From NCBI GenBank assembly GCA_041489255.1, contig JBGPQV010000002.1, positions 32,001 through 96,000 on the forward strand: a DNA stretch of 64,000 nt. Direction: 5' to 3'. Made by a program: the position numbers and the translations under genes. Numbering within the stretch: position 1 is the first letter of the stretch; each line of letters opens with the position of its first letter. Below the pieces are notes generated by a model. The model was given only the letters and a program-made list of their open reading frames with translations, was not told the DNA's origin and did no database searches. Shown here piece by piece: positions 19,701 to 29,652 of this stretch. This stretch comes from Thermoplasmata archaeon (lineage in GTDB: Archaea > Thermoplasmatota > Thermoplasmata > RBG-16-68-12 > JAFNFQ01).

Positions 19701-22687
19701 ATCTGATGAAGGACTATCGAATCGTAATCTGGACCACGGGGGCAGACGGCTTCGATACATTGACAGCAAGCGATGAGAGCGCGCTGGCGTCCTACCTGGA
19801 TGGCGGTGGCAGCCTATTCCTGTCGAGCGAAGGCTACCTCTGGAGAGGCGTCTCCTTATTCACCCAGAGGTATCTCCATGTGGCAAGTTCTTCGCCGCTC
19901 ATCAACCCGCTCACCTCGGTGCAGGGCGTTCCCGGGGACCCGATATCGGGAGATTTCCCCGACATGGCCCTCAGTTACCCGCAGTCCATAAGCGCACAGA
20001 GCCTTGATCCAGATCTGATCGCGACCGGGATATTCGAAGAACCCCTGGGCACGAATGTTGCGGTCAAGGCGGACGCGGGCACTTACCGCGTCGTTTTCTT
20101 CGCATTCCCGTACGAGGCCAGCTACCTTGCGGATTCCCTGGCAGGCACCCAGCTGATGTACCGCATCATCCAGTGGTTTGGATTTGGGATAGGGGTAGAC
20201 CTCGCTGTCGTGGGCGTCACGGCACCAGCCTTCGCTCCTCCCGGCGCAATCGTTCAGGTGAACGCCACAGTTGTGAATCACGGTGCGTCGGCGGAGGTGA
20301 ACGTATTGGTCAACTTCACGGTCGATGGAGCCCCGGTCGATTCTCAGATGATTCCGTCCATCGACGCTGGGAAGTCAACCGATGTGAGCTTCCAGTGGAC
20401 AGCATCGACGGAGACGACGCACAGCTTGACCGTCGAGGTGTCGCCCGCGCCTGGAGAGACCGTGTTGTCCAACAATGCGCGCTCGGTGACCGTCCTGGTG
20501 ACCTCGGCTCCTCCGATCAAGGTCGCGGTCATCGACTCCATGGGCACGCAGAATCCTTACTTCTGGGACTATCTTCAATTGAATTGGCCCTCCTTTGGTC
20601 CTGTCCCGATCACGGTGGACACAACCACTCTCGCGGGGTCAGGTTTCACCTATGCGGATATCGTCTCCACGAAAGCCAATGTCCTCGACATCTCGTGCGG
20701 CATGAGGGAATACACCACTCAAGAAATCGCCGCAATCGAGCAGTACCTCCAGGGTGACCGAGGCCTCGTCGGCACCTGCACCATCTCGTCGACGACACCT
20801 GGCAACGCGCCTTTGGCGCGACTCTGGGGCATTTCGGACAGTTTGCCGTTTACGTACTATTCGGTCGCACCGGTCACACCCATAAGTCCGTCGAATCCAC
20901 TGTTCAGGAACGTGACCGTCCCATACACTCCCGGTTTACCCATCGGCACCTCGCCGTCCAACGACCTTTCCTGGGACGCGGATGATCTGACGACTGGGAC
21001 ATATGCCGGGATATCGTTGCCTGTGCGCTCCTCGGCCGTGGTGACAAACGGCCTGAACGTCTACTTCTCGCCGTTCGTGGATGTGGGCGACGCGATCATC
21101 ACGACTGAAGACGACTATCAGATCATGTACAACGCATTGATGTGGGCGGGAAGCGGGGCTGGAATCGCAGTGAGTCACGCTGCACCCCCAAGCGCCGAGG
21201 TGAACACGCCTTTCGACGTCACTGCCAATCTATCTTCGAATTACGATATCGTGTCGGTGGAGGCGTGGTATCAGCCCCCGGGCAGTCCGAGTTACCAGTC
21301 GGTCCCGATGAGTCTCGTCATGGGCAGCCCCACGAACGGGACATGGTCTGTGACGATCCCCAGTCAGAGCGCGATTGGCCCGCTGCACCTGTACGTCGAG
21401 GCCACGAACACTGGGGGAAGGAACGCGACGACGCAGAAGACGACGGTGCGGATAGTTGACACGACAGCACCTGTCATTATCGATATAACCTCGGGAATCC
21501 CTGTGACTCACTCGCCATTCACGTTCGCCGCATCAGTCACTGACAACCTGGCGGTCGGCTCGGTCCATGTGGAATACTGGTACGGGACAGGCGGCCACAC
21601 GAATCTGACAATGATATTGGCGGGAGGACTATACCAATCCACGATCACTGTCCCAAACACGACGGCATCGCTGTCCTACAAACTGTCCGCGGTTGACTCG
21701 GGCGGTCTCTGGACGGTGACGAACGCCGTGACGCTGAGCGTCTCCGACCCATATCCGCCAACGGCAGTCGTCAACGACCCATTTGAAATTGAAGAGGACC
21801 GCCTCGCGAGGTTCGACAGCGCGGGCAGCTGGGACAACGTGGGCATAGTGAACTTTACTTGGGACTTCAGCGACGGAATAGTGCTCTACGGCGCCGTGGT
21901 CTTCAGGATCTTCGCTGACCCCGGGCGGTATGATGCCACGCTGACCGTTCGCGACGCGGCATCGCTGACCGGAGTGGCAAGCACGTTTGTCCTCGTAACC
22001 GACACAACACCACCAGTCGCAAGAATCTCCGTGCCAGCATCAGTCGATGAGGACACGGCGTTCATTGCCAACGGGTCGGGCTCATCAGACAACGTCGCGG
22101 TCGTGAACTTCACATGGAGCATCAACGGCATCCCTGTCGCTTGGGGGCCAATCGCGATCCTCACCGTCTGGAACCCCGGGCTCGTGGGTGTCACTTTAGA
22201 CGTGCGCGATCTCGCTGGCAACAACGCGACCGCCGCTTCAGCGGTGACAGTGCGCGACATCACCCCGCCACTCATCTTGATCGACGGGGGAACCACCACA
22301 CGCAAGATTAGCGCGGGAGACTCGCTGAGCTTCGACGCTTCCGGAACCACCGACAATGTCGGAGTGCACGCAATCTCGTGGGATTTCGGCGACGGAACGA
22401 ACGCGACCGGGTCCGCCGCGAACCACAGGTTCGAGAAGCCTGGAACGTACACATTGACCGTGAGGGCGTTCGATGCGGCGGGCAACGCCGCCTCGGTGAC
22501 CATCCGAGTCGACGTCGAAGACTCTGGCCTCTATGCCGTCGTCGGAATCGGCATCTTGATTGCGGCGGTGGCTCTCGGCGTGGCATACCTCGTTTGGGCA
22601 AGACTCCGCTCGCGTCGAGTCAAAGAGCCGACGAAAGAGAGCGAGAAAGAGGAGGAAATGCCCACGGAAAACCTGGGTAATCACTGA
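16751..22687 (+). CDS. Membrane-anchored S8 subtilisin-like serine protease with FN3, CARDB and PKD domains
   Basis: Triad IADTG / HGTHVSG / GTSMATP, oxyanion AAAN; WDFGDG PKD motif; signal peptide and C-terminal TM. Confidence 0.93.
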   Translation: MRTLVYAIVCFLIVSAIPTAMAAAKPVESLHGTQLGLVGLESGLARFARLSTAPLSDYGGYSVYQVGEEEIARLDSINAPYFLLPDPDYLGIESVVGSLPRIDTGQLPPSPGLVVIQFPAPPKQEWRRALEENGMMTLAYIPNYAYLVVSSRDLGGALTALPLEPRLFAYESSARIDPRLILDESPQRVRFVLLKASGFADPIDVMSRHGLRPQVYWERESLAFAETWADRATLEAITQEPSMVWVEPAPTPKFFDEISDEILGGNFTPGMPWDGDGAYIHSLGYTGSGIIVAIADTGVDTGNLTTMHPDLRGQIAALIDFGETDPSDGVAEDGYGHGTHVSGIVAGTGASNGRDLDGYLYGMGIAPNASIVMERISDDQGYWMAPADHVIAENAVRNGASVSSNSWGSMTYGVYDWQAAEYDALTRDADLFTPGGQPLLHVFAAANSGPSPYTLASPAVAKNVLTVAASENYRPAFGSEADNPEDIADFSSRGPVADGRFKPDIAAPGTYVASALSSFLAQGMCGGPLDSLHEACSGTSMATPHVAGGAAIFQQYYRGLYGVLPSPAMTKAALINTAHDMTGAGASLPIPNTDEGWGRMDLVSLLGLGRPDEYADDQTNSLQTGQDSVHQLTVMSSAVPLRITMAYTDAPAAGFSSPTLVNDLDLVVTDPTGRTFWGNMLVNGRSIDSITGGDRLNNVESVYIQNPEVGLYTVRVLAINVPEDGVPLTPAIDQDFALFARASLEAPPTPSISFNRDFYTAPSNANVSLAGASLNADPLVRESVNAVVRSDTEPLGESLTLTEVGLNSSLFIGTIGLQLGAPVTDGVLQVLHGDLLNVTYTMYYDVAWVDTVAPTISNIATNVRTRTATVTFTTSEDTKGLVEYGDTTSLGNISESLSFAVSHSVDLVNLKPNTTYFFDVVATDLAGNRARDDNGGLHHALTTEPLPPILLVDDEPDNLDVSFSDALSANGFAFEVSQGPAPFNLMKDYRIVIWTTGADGFDTLTASDESALASYLDGGGSLFLSSEGYLWRGVSLFTQRYLHVASSSPLINPLTSVQGVPGDPISGDFPDMALSYPQSISAQSLDPDLIATGIFEEPLGTNVAVKADAGTYRVVFFAFPYEASYLADSLAGTQLMYRIIQWFGFGIGVDLAVVGVTAPAFAPPGAIVQVNATVVNHGASAEVNVLVNFTVDGAPVDSQMIPSIDAGKSTDVSFQWTASTETTHSLTVEVSPAPGETVLSNNARSVTVLVTSAPPIKVAVIDSMGTQNPYFWDYLQLNWPSFGPVPITVDTTTLAGSGFTYADIVSTKANVLDISCGMREYTTQEIAAIEQYLQGDRGLVGTCTISSTTPGNAPLARLWGISDSLPFTYYSVAPVTPISPSNPLFRNVTVPYTPGLPIGTSPSNDLSWDADDLTTGTYAGISLPVRSSAVVTNGLNVYFSPFVDVGDAIITTEDDYQIMYNALMWAGSGAGIAVSHAAPPSAEVNTPFDVTANLSSNYDIVSVEAWYQPPGSPSYQSVPMSLVMGSPTNGTWSVTIPSQSAIGPLHLYVEATNTGGRNATTQKTTVRIVDTTAPVIIDITSGIPVTHSPFTFAASVTDNLAVGSVHVEYWYGTGGHTNLTMILAGGLYQSTITVPNTTASLSYKLSAVDSGGLWTVTNAVTLSVSDPYPPTAVVNDPFEIEEDRLARFDSAGSWDNVGIVNFTWDFSDGIVLYGAVVFRIFADPGRYDATLTVRDAASLTGVASTFVLVTDTTPPVARISVPASVDEDTAFIANGSGSSDNVAVVNFTWSINGIPVAWGPIAILTVWNPGLVGVTLDVRDLAGNNATAASAVTVRDITPPLILIDGGTTTRKISAGDSLSFDASGTTDNVGVHAISWDFGDGTNATGSAANHRFEKPGTYTLTVRAFDAAGNAASVTIRVDVEDSGLYAVVGIGILIAAVALGVAYLVWARLRSRRVKEPTKESEKEEEMPTENLGNH

Positions 22688-22699
22688 AGCCTCTTCCGA

Positions 22700-23326
22700 T
22701 TACGCCGCCAGTCTCGATCCGAAGTAGTACGCGACAATCCATGCTAGTGCATTCTTTGTGTATTCGGGGTAGAACCTGGGCCAGCTGAAGAGGAGCGTAC
22801 CGCACAGGTAGCCGACGAGAAGCATCGCGGCAACCGCGTTCGCGTTCCTGAATATCGCGATAGCCCTGTTCGGCTTCTTCCCCGCCTTCTGCCGGCGCGC
22901 GACAATAGCCGACGCGATGTAGCCGATGATGTAGCTCGCGAGGACCTCCAGAATCAGCGTGAACGCTTCGGGGATCCCGCGGCCCCGGTACCGCATGTAA
23001 GCAATCACTCCGAAGAAACCCAAGAGCAGGACGAATCTGATCGAGCCACGGGGGAGGAATAGTGGCTGCCTCGTCCCCTCCGTCGTCGCGGGCGCGATTG
23101 GCGGGCCCATGCCGCTGCGGACACCGAAATAGAACCCCACGACGAGCAGGGCGCTCTCCACGAGGATGTCCTCTATCGCCTCGCCCTTGAGAACCTGGTA
23201 CCAGAGAGTGCCGCACAGCATCAGCGCGATGACCGCGCGAACGCTGCCTGACGGCAGGCCGAGGGGCTGTGGGGGCTTCTGCTGTTGTGTCTGCTGTGTC
23301 TGCCTAGGAATCTCTCCGGCCGCCAT
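22700..23326 (-). CDS. Hypothetical membrane protein with an internal duplication
   Basis: QPLGLPSGSVRA / QPLFLPRGSIRF repeats; GFYFG and AYYFG helix ends. Confidence 0.75.
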   Translation of the reverse strand: MAAGEIPRQTQQTQQQKPPQPLGLPSGSVRAVIALMLCGTLWYQVLKGEAIEDILVESALLVVGFYFGVRSGMGPPIAPATTEGTRQPLFLPRGSIRFVLLLGFFGVIAYMRYRGRGIPEAFTLILEVLASYIIGYIASAIVARRQKAGKKPNRAIAIFRNANAVAAMLLVGYLCGTLLFSWPRFYPEYTKNALAWIVAYYFGSRLAA

Positions 23327-23419
23327 TGCACTCTGGCCCGGCGGCTGATGGGTGGGAACAGTATAGAACCTTTGGAAGGGACGCGACCGGAATCCAATGC
23401 GGCGGGTTTGCCCTTGGCC

Positions 23420-24238
23420 TCATCTGAGGAATCCGAGCACCGCACGATTGAACTTCTCCGGCTCATCGAGGAACGGGAAATGCCCGCTCTTGTCGAACAC
23501 GATGAGCTTAGACCCTTTGATCCTCCTGTGAAGGTCCCTTGCAAGTTTTGGCGGTGTCGCCTTATCGTGCTTCCCCGCCAGAATCAGGGTCCTTGCCGCC
23601 AGATTGCCCAGCTCCCCCCGCACATCCCAAGCCCTCATCTCGGAGAAGTTGAACGCCGCCCTATCGATGCTGAACTGGAGCGACGATTTCATTGCCTTGC
23701 CCATCGCCAGCCTGCCCCGCCGCGTGCGGATCTCAGGTCCGAGGAATACCGCGAGGAACCGCCTGAAGCTCTCTTCATTCCTATCACGGAGCGAGGCGGC
23801 GAGAGCTTCTCCGACACCGTGCGTTTTCATGATGTCAGGCAGCTTTGCACCTGATCCGATGAGCACGAGGTCGCTGACCCTCTCGGGGTAGCGAAGGGAG
23901 TATGTGAGCGCGCAGGCAGATCCCCCGGAGTGTCCGAGGAACACTGACTGGTCGATTTCGAGCCTCGTCTGCAACGAAAATAGGTCTGACACGACCCGCT
24001 CCAGACCGAGGTCGTCTTCCTGCATTGGCGGGGCCGACCGTCCGGTTCCCGGCGGATCGTGGTAAATCATCGTCAGGTTCCTCTCCAATGGCCTGAGGAA
24101 AGACCTGATCGGCTCGCTGTTCAGGCCCCAGGGATATGGAGAGACGAAGCATGGCGGGCCCTGACCGCGAATGTAGTAGGCGATAATAGTCCCTCTAGTC
24201 TCGAATGCATATTGACCGGGGTCGAGTCGACCGTCCAT
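23420..24238 (-). CDS. Alpha/beta hydrolase (proline iminopeptidase-like)
   Basis: D.PGTGRS, GHSGG nucleophile elbow, GKHD, SGHFPF.DEPEKF. Confidence 0.88.
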   Translation of the reverse strand: MDGRLDPGQYAFETRGTIIAYYIRGQGPPCFVSPYPWGLNSEPIRSFLRPLERNLTMIYHDPPGTGRSAPPMQEDDLGLERVVSDLFSLQTRLEIDQSVFLGHSGGSACALTYSLRYPERVSDLVLIGSGAKLPDIMKTHGVGEALAASLRDRNEESFRRFLAVFLGPEIRTRRGRLAMGKAMKSSLQFSIDRAAFNFSEMRAWDVRGELGNLAARTLILAGKHDKATPPKLARDLHRRIKGSKLIVFDKSGHFPFLDEPEKFNRAVLGFLR

Positions 24239-24332
24239 CTAGCACCTTCGCTTGTCTCGCCAGCTGCGAATGCGCACGAGGATGAAAAGGTTATTTCAGG
24301 CTGTTGCTTCTCTCCCCGGAGGAGGCGTCCGG

Positions 24333-24740
24333 TTGGATGACAAAGAACTGAAGGCAACATTGGGCAGGTACAAGAGAATCGCCGTCGTGGGCATGTCTAA
24401 GGACCCAGAAAAGGACGCCCAAAGAATCCCCCTGTATCTGAAGAATGTGGGCTACGAAATCATTCCGGTGAATCCCAGCGCCACGGAAATCGCCGGCATG
24501 AAAGCTTACAAGAGCCTTTCAGAGATCCCTTTTGACTTCGACATCGTGCAGATATTCAGGCCTTCGGAGGCCGTGCCGCCGATCGTGGACGAGGCGCTGA
24601 AGACCAAGGCGAAGGTCATCTGGATGCAGCTTGGCATCAGCAACGCGGAGGCGGCTGAGAAGGCGAGCATGGCGGGCAAGATCGTTATCCAAGATCGCTG
24701 CATGATGGTGGAGCATAGGCGATTGATCAAAGCTGATTGA
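24333..24740 (+). CDS. CoA-binding domain protein (YccU-like)
   Basis: IAVVGMS, IIPVNP, IFRPSE, IWMQLGI, QDRC; TTG start after GGAGGAGG. Confidence 0.9.
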   Translation: MDDKELKATLGRYKRIAVVGMSKDPEKDAQRIPLYLKNVGYEIIPVNPSATEIAGMKAYKSLSEIPFDFDIVQIFRPSEAVPPIVDEALKTKAKVIWMQLGISNAEAAEKASMAGKIVIQDRCMMVEHRRLIKAD

Positions 24741-24821
24741 TTCGGATCCGGCGATGCCGTAGCCTCTCTTGCGGCTAACAGCGTCCGCCAAGACCTTGAC
24801 ATCCCGCCGCAGTCGAACCGC

Positions 24822-26480
24822 GTGGACCCGCTCACTCTGCTTCTTGCCACCTTGCTATTCACACTTCTGGGCGCAATGATTGGGGTCGGGACCGGACTCG
24901 TTCCGGGGATGCACGTCAACAACGTGGCCCTTCTGATCTTCATGGGTCAGTCTGCCCTCTCTTCAGCTGTTCTTCTCCTGTTCGGCTGGGCTTCCCCGTC
25001 CTGCAGCGATATCATGCTGCTTCTTTCCACCTTGATTCGCGCGATCGCCGTCAGTCATACGTTCGTGAGCTTCGTCCCGTCGGTCTTCCTTGGAGCCCCC
25101 GACGAAGATACTGCCCTGTCGGTCCTCCCCGGTCACAGAATGCTCCTCCGGGGCAGAGGATATGAGGCGGTTCTCTTGACCGCCCGCGGTTGCCTCTGGG
25201 GCTTCGTCGCATCACTCGCACTCATCCTGCCGCTGCGGCTGCTCATGGGCTCGCCGGTCAACGCTTACGATAAGCTGAGGCCTGTGATGGCGGGAGTGCT
25301 CACCCTCGTCGTCACCTTGCTCATCTACAGCGAAAGCGAGCGGCGCAAGGCGACCGGTCGGATGATGATCAAAGCACATGAGGTCGGCGGGGTCCAGCTT
25401 CTCGCTGAGTCTGACGGAGAGCACAAGGTGGAGCCTTGGCCCGAGTTCGCGGCGGGAGACGATGTGACAATCGAGGGCAAGGTGGCGAGTTTCTGGAATG
25501 GCGGGATGCTGCTGGTAAGGGGCAGGGAGAAGGTCGTCGTCGAGACCGAGGACGATTGGGAGAAGGACGACGTCTGGGTCAGCGTCCAAGGCATCGCCCT
25601 GCCGGTCACGAGGACCGCCACCGCAAACGAGCAGCGGTCCTGGGCCGTGCTCCTCTTCCTCCTCTCCGGGGCACTCGGCTGGGTGCTCCTCTGCTCGCCG
25701 GGGATCCAGGCGGCAAACTGGTTCCCGATCCCGTTCCTGTCGAGCACGAACCAGTCCATGATGCTCTTCCCCCTCTTCTCCGGGTTGTTCGGCCTGTCCA
25801 CCATGGTCATGAGCGGTGCATCGAGGGAGACGATTCCGGATCAGCAGCTCGAGTTATCGGCGAAGATGGAACCCTGGCGACACGGGAGGGCCGTCGCCTG
25901 CGGAACGATAGCCGGTTCTGCCGTTTCGTGGTTCCCCGGGGTGAGCGGAGCCTCCGCCACCGTGATCGCGAGGTACCTCGCTGGCGGGGAGCCGGATGGT
26001 CGCGAGAAGCGAGACAACGACAGGGAGTTCCTCGTTTCCATCGGAGCCGCCAACGCCTCATCGACCGTTTTCACGTTGGTCGCTCTCTTCGTGATATTCA
26101 AAGGGCGGAGCGGGGCAACCGCCACAATCGGCTCGCTACTGGCGGGAGGACTCTCGCCCTGGGAACCGATTTCCTCAGTGCCGCTCGCGATGTCTCTGCT
26201 GCTTGTCGCGTGCCTTCTTTCCGCGGTGTTCGGGTATGTGACGGCAAAGGCGGTCGCCCGTCTGTTCGCGAGGAAATGCGGCAAGGTGAGATACGGAAAG
26301 CTAGTGAGGGCGGTCGTGGTCTTCCTCCTCCTGATGATCCTGATGCTCACTGGCGTGCTCGGCTTGTTCGTCGCGGGAGCCGCCACCGCAATAGGGGTGC
26401 TGCCGCCAATCATCGGCGTGAGGCGAGTGCACCTGATGGGCTCGTTGATCCTGCCCGCCATCCTGCTGCTCGCATTCTGA
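24822..26480 (+). CDS. TctA/DUF112 tripartite tricarboxylate transporter family membrane protein
   Basis: GTGLVPGMHVN, HTFVSFVPSVFLGAP, SVLPGH..L..GRG, PLFSGLFG, GVRRVHLMG. Confidence 0.88.
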   Translation: MDPLTLLLATLLFTLLGAMIGVGTGLVPGMHVNNVALLIFMGQSALSSAVLLLFGWASPSCSDIMLLLSTLIRAIAVSHTFVSFVPSVFLGAPDEDTALSVLPGHRMLLRGRGYEAVLLTARGCLWGFVASLALILPLRLLMGSPVNAYDKLRPVMAGVLTLVVTLLIYSESERRKATGRMMIKAHEVGGVQLLAESDGEHKVEPWPEFAAGDDVTIEGKVASFWNGGMLLVRGREKVVVETEDDWEKDDVWVSVQGIALPVTRTATANEQRSWAVLLFLLSGALGWVLLCSPGIQAANWFPIPFLSSTNQSMMLFPLFSGLFGLSTMVMSGASRETIPDQQLELSAKMEPWRHGRAVACGTIAGSAVSWFPGVSGASATVIARYLAGGEPDGREKRDNDREFLVSIGAANASSTVFTLVALFVIFKGRSGATATIGSLLAGGLSPWEPISSVPLAMSLLLVACLLSAVFGYVTAKAVARLFARKCGKVRYGKLVRAVVVFLLLMILMLTGVLGLFVAGAATAIGVLPPIIGVRRVHLMGSLILPAILLLAF

Positions 26481-26543
26481 CGGTCAAGCTACATCCAGGC
26501 GGAACCTAGAAATCCATCACCGCCGCATCTGCACTGGGATGCC

Positions 26544-26942
26544 ATGGTCAATCAGTTCTCTCGATGCCTTCTGGCCATGGCATTCTTCGCCTCAGTGTCG
26601 GCCCCGCTGGGCTGGCAGGTCATCTCGTATGCGCTGTTCGCGACGGGCATTGCCGCAATAGTCCTCACCGACTTCGCGATCGAGGGTCGTTGGAAGACAG
26701 GTGCCGGGATGTGCATCGCCCTTCCTGGAGTCGGACTGCTCGGCGGGCCGAACCCCGCCCTGCTAATGATAATTCCAGTTGCGGCTGCAGCGGTATTCCT
26801 TGCTGAACATCTCACTCGCATGAAAACACCCGGAGAAGGTGAACCGCGAGAATCCTCAAAGAGACGCGACGATCCTCTGGCTAACCTTTGCGTCTCACTG
26901 CCCTCGGCAGTCGCGCTGTTAGCATTCGTCGCGCTGTGCTAG
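26544..26942 (+). CDS. Hypothetical small membrane protein
   Basis: 132-aa hydrophobic ORF filling the gap between two genes; no motif recognised. Confidence 0.5.
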   Translation: MVNQFSRCLLAMAFFASVSAPLGWQVISYALFATGIAAIVLTDFAIEGRWKTGAGMCIALPGVGLLGGPNPALLMIIPVAAAAVFLAEHLTRMKTPGEGEPRESSKRRDDPLANLCVSLPSAVALLAFVALC

Positions 26943-27493
26943 TGATCGTCCCCTTCCTCTCGCGTGCCATAGGGCGTGGAGTAGTTGAAGGTCTCCCTGA
27001 TGCGCGCGATGCCGTCTATCTCCTTGATGTAGTCTGCCACCGTCTCGGGCACGAGCGCCTGCCAGTCCGCTCCATCGTATATCCTGTGCCGGACCTCGGT
27101 CCCGGAGTACATGCCTCTCTTCTCCAGAGGCAACTCGTAGACCTTGAACCCCTTTTCCCTGAACAGCCTGACGACGAGAGGGCTGTTGGTGTAGACCACG
27201 TCGAACTTGGGGACCAGGGAGAGCACGTGACCCACCCAGACCGAGTGCACGTGCGTATCAGGGATAGGGACGATGTGATAGTCGTGTATGCCCGCGGCGT
27301 CGAGGGTCCTCTTGATCATCTCGTACCTCTCGCCTGCCGTGAACGGGTTCTCGTTGGTGTGGCTGTACTGCGCGCTGCCTATGCCGATGATGATCTCCGA
27401 GTGCTTCTTCAGTATGCGCTTCACCATGACGAGGTGGCCGTTGTGGAACGGCTGGAACCTGCCGATGAAAAGCGCCCTAGGCGTCGTCATCAT
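26939..27493 (-). CDS. nadM: Nicotinamide-nucleotide adenylyltransferase
   Basis: FIGRFQPFHNGH, GIGSAQYSH..ENPFTAGER, SGTEVR. Confidence 0.95.
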   Translation of the reverse strand: MMTTPRALFIGRFQPFHNGHLVMVKRILKKHSEIIIGIGSAQYSHTNENPFTAGERYEMIKRTLDAAGIHDYHIVPIPDTHVHSVWVGHVLSLVPKFDVVYTNSPLVVRLFREKGFKVYELPLEKRGMYSGTEVRHRIYDGADWQALVPETVADYIKEIDGIARIRETFNYSTPYGTREEGDDH

Positions 27494-27653
27494 AATCCTC
27501 CTCGCCGATGAAATCGTCTATGATCTCGCAGTCGACCGTGAGCCACTTCCTGCAGTGCTCGCACGTGCCATCATCCATCAATGGCCTGAGAGTCACGTTG
27601 AACTCATAGCACGGGAAGGTTTCGAAGTCAACTCCCCCCGCCTCGTCTAGCAA
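27477..27653 (-). CDS. Small acidic Cys-rich protein (58 aa)
   Basis: Manual translation from TTG: MLDEAGGVDFETFPCYEFNVTLRPLMDDGTCEHCRKWLTVDCEIIDDFIGEEDYDDDA*; fills the lonB-nadM gap on the same strand. Confidence 0.7.
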   Translation of the reverse strand: MLDEAGGVDFETFPCYEFNVTLRPLMDDGTCEHCRKWLTVDCEIIDDFIGEEDYDDDA

Positions 27654-27663
27654 GGCTGCTCAC

Positions 27664-29652
27664 CTAATGCGGGACCGCCCTGTCCACCGGGGGGGCCTCG
27701 ATCAGCCCGCCCGCCTTCGGAACGAGCGCAGACAGCTTCTTCAGTAGGCTCTCCTTCTTCGGCCCTACCACCAGCGCGTTCTGCAGGACCTCGTTGAGCG
27801 TCTCCACGGGGACTATCTCGATCTTGCCGACGTACTTGTCGTCAATAAGCACATCCCTCAGGTTCGCCTTGGGTATGATGACCTTCTTGATGCCCATCTC
27901 GGCGGCGGCCTCTATCTTGGCGGTGACCCCCCCAACAGGGAGCACTTGGCCCCTGACGCTCAGGCTTCCGGTCATCGCCGTGCTCTGGTCGACCTCGACA
28001 CCTTCCATTGCGGAGATGACCGCGGTTGCCACCGAGATGCTCGCGGAGTCTCCTTCCGTGCCCTCGCGGCTGCCTACGAACTGAACATGGATGTCATGGT
28101 TGCTGATGTCCTCACCAGTGTACTTCTTGATGAGGGCCGAGACGTTCTCTACCGCCTCCTTGGCGATCTCGCCGAGCCTGCCCGTCGCGACTATCTTGCC
28201 GCCGTGTCGCGTCTGAGCCGGCGTCACTTCTGCGGCAATCTGCAGGACTACACCGGAGAACTCTGCCATGCTGCTGTCCCCCGCTAGGACGGCGAGGCCG
28301 TTGACCACGCCGACTATCGCGCCCTCGGTCACGAACGTCTTGTATTCCTTGCCCTTCTCTATCATCCTGTCCGCGACCTGCTGCTCGAGGGAGCGTGCTA
28401 TCTTCTTCCCCGACATCACGTGCTCCGCGGTGACCAGCGGCGCGCTCTCTTCCTGGGCAATGTCGCCCGCCACGCGGATCAGGCCGCCGAGCTCCCTGAG
28501 CCTGAGAGTCAGCTGGCCCCTGCGGCCGGCGCGGCGCTGCGCCTCCCTCAGGATCTCCATGACCCCGGTCATGTCGAAGTGCGGGATCTTCTTGTCCTTG
28601 GTGACCTCCTGCGCCACGAACCTGACCAGCTTCATGCGGTTGGGGTCCGTGTCCTGCATCGTGGCCTTCATGTAAATCTCGTAACCATAGCCGCGTATCC
28701 TCGACCTCAGCGCGGGGTGCATCCCCTGCAAGGCGTCGAGGTTGCCCGCCGCCACGAGGATGAAATCGCAGGGAACCGCCTCCGTCTTGACCATCGCGCC
28801 TGACGACCTCTCGCTCTGGCCGACGATCGAGAACTCCTTCTCCTGCATGGCGGTCAGGAGGCTCTGCTGGCTCTCAATCCGCAGAATGTTGATCTCGTCG
28901 ACGAACAGCACGCCCTTGTGCGCCTTGTGTATCGCGCCCGCCTCCACCCTATCGTGGGCGGGGGTCTCCAGGCCGCCTGACTGGAACGGGTCGTGCTTGA
29001 CGTCCCCCAACAGGGCGCCGGCATGGCTGCCGGTGGCGTCGATGAACGGCGGCATGTCGTCGAAGTTGTGGCTGACCAGGAGCTTAGGGACGTTGATGCT
29101 CTCCTCCCGCCGCCCGCTGTACTTGGTCATCGCGTAGATGACCACCGCCAGGATGAAACCGAAGAACATGATCATGGGATTGAACTTGGGTGGCGAGTAG
29201 CTCCAGTCGAAGGAGAAGAGTATGGAAAGGGCGACGATGAAGAACATGATCGTCATGATCATCGAGGCCCTCTGCTCCTTGCGCTGCATCGCCTCGGCTT
29301 TCTGGGCGTTGACTATCTCCCGACCCTTGCTCGCAGGGACGACACGGATCTTGGGCTCGTTAGAGTCCTCCGGGTTGTGATAGACGAGGATGTCCTGCAG
29401 CTCATCCTTGGGCACGAGCTCTGTCATCGAGCGCGCGAGCATCGATTTGCCCGTGCCCGGCTCGCCTATGAGCATGACGTGCCGCTTCTGCTCGGCGGCC
29501 TTGCGGATGACCATCACGGCCGGCTCCTGACCTATGACCTGGTCGACGAGCCTCTCGGGTATCTTGACCTCGGCCGTGCTCTTGAACTCAAGTTTCCGTA
29601 TCCATTCCTCGACTGGCGGCAGTGGAACGGCCTCTGATGGTTGGTCAATCAT
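27664..29652 (-). CDS. lonB: Archaeal membrane-bound Lon protease
   Basis: [15 protein letters not shown], two TM helices inside the AAA+ domain, GDSAS catalytic Ser, [11 protein letters not shown]. Confidence 0.97.
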   Translation of the reverse strand: MIDQPSEAVPLPPVEEWIRKLEFKSTAEVKIPERLVDQVIGQEPAVMVIRKAAEQKRHVMLIGEPGTGKSMLARSMTELVPKDELQDILVYHNPEDSNEPKIRVVPASKGREIVNAQKAEAMQRKEQRASMIMTIMFFIVALSILFSFDWSYSPPKFNPMIMFFGFILAVVIYAMTKYSGRREESINVPKLLVSHNFDDMPPFIDATGSHAGALLGDVKHDPFQSGGLETPAHDRVEAGAIHKAHKGVLFVDEINILRIESQQSLLTAMQEKEFSIVGQSERSSGAMVKTEAVPCDFILVAAGNLDALQGMHPALRSRIRGYGYEIYMKATMQDTDPNRMKLVRFVAQEVTKDKKIPHFDMTGVMEILREAQRRAGRRGQLTLRLRELGGLIRVAGDIAQEESAPLVTAEHVMSGKKIARSLEQQVADRMIEKGKEYKTFVTEGAIVGVVNGLAVLAGDSSMAEFSGVVLQIAAEVTPAQTRHGGKIVATGRLGEIAKEAVENVSALIKKYTGEDISNHDIHVQFVGSREGTEGDSASISVATAVISAMEGVEVDQSTAMTGSLSVRGQVLPVGGVTAKIEAAAEMGIKKVIIPKANLRDVLIDDKYVGKIEIVPVETLNEVLQNALVVGPKKESLLKKLSALVPKAGGLIEAPPVDRAVPH

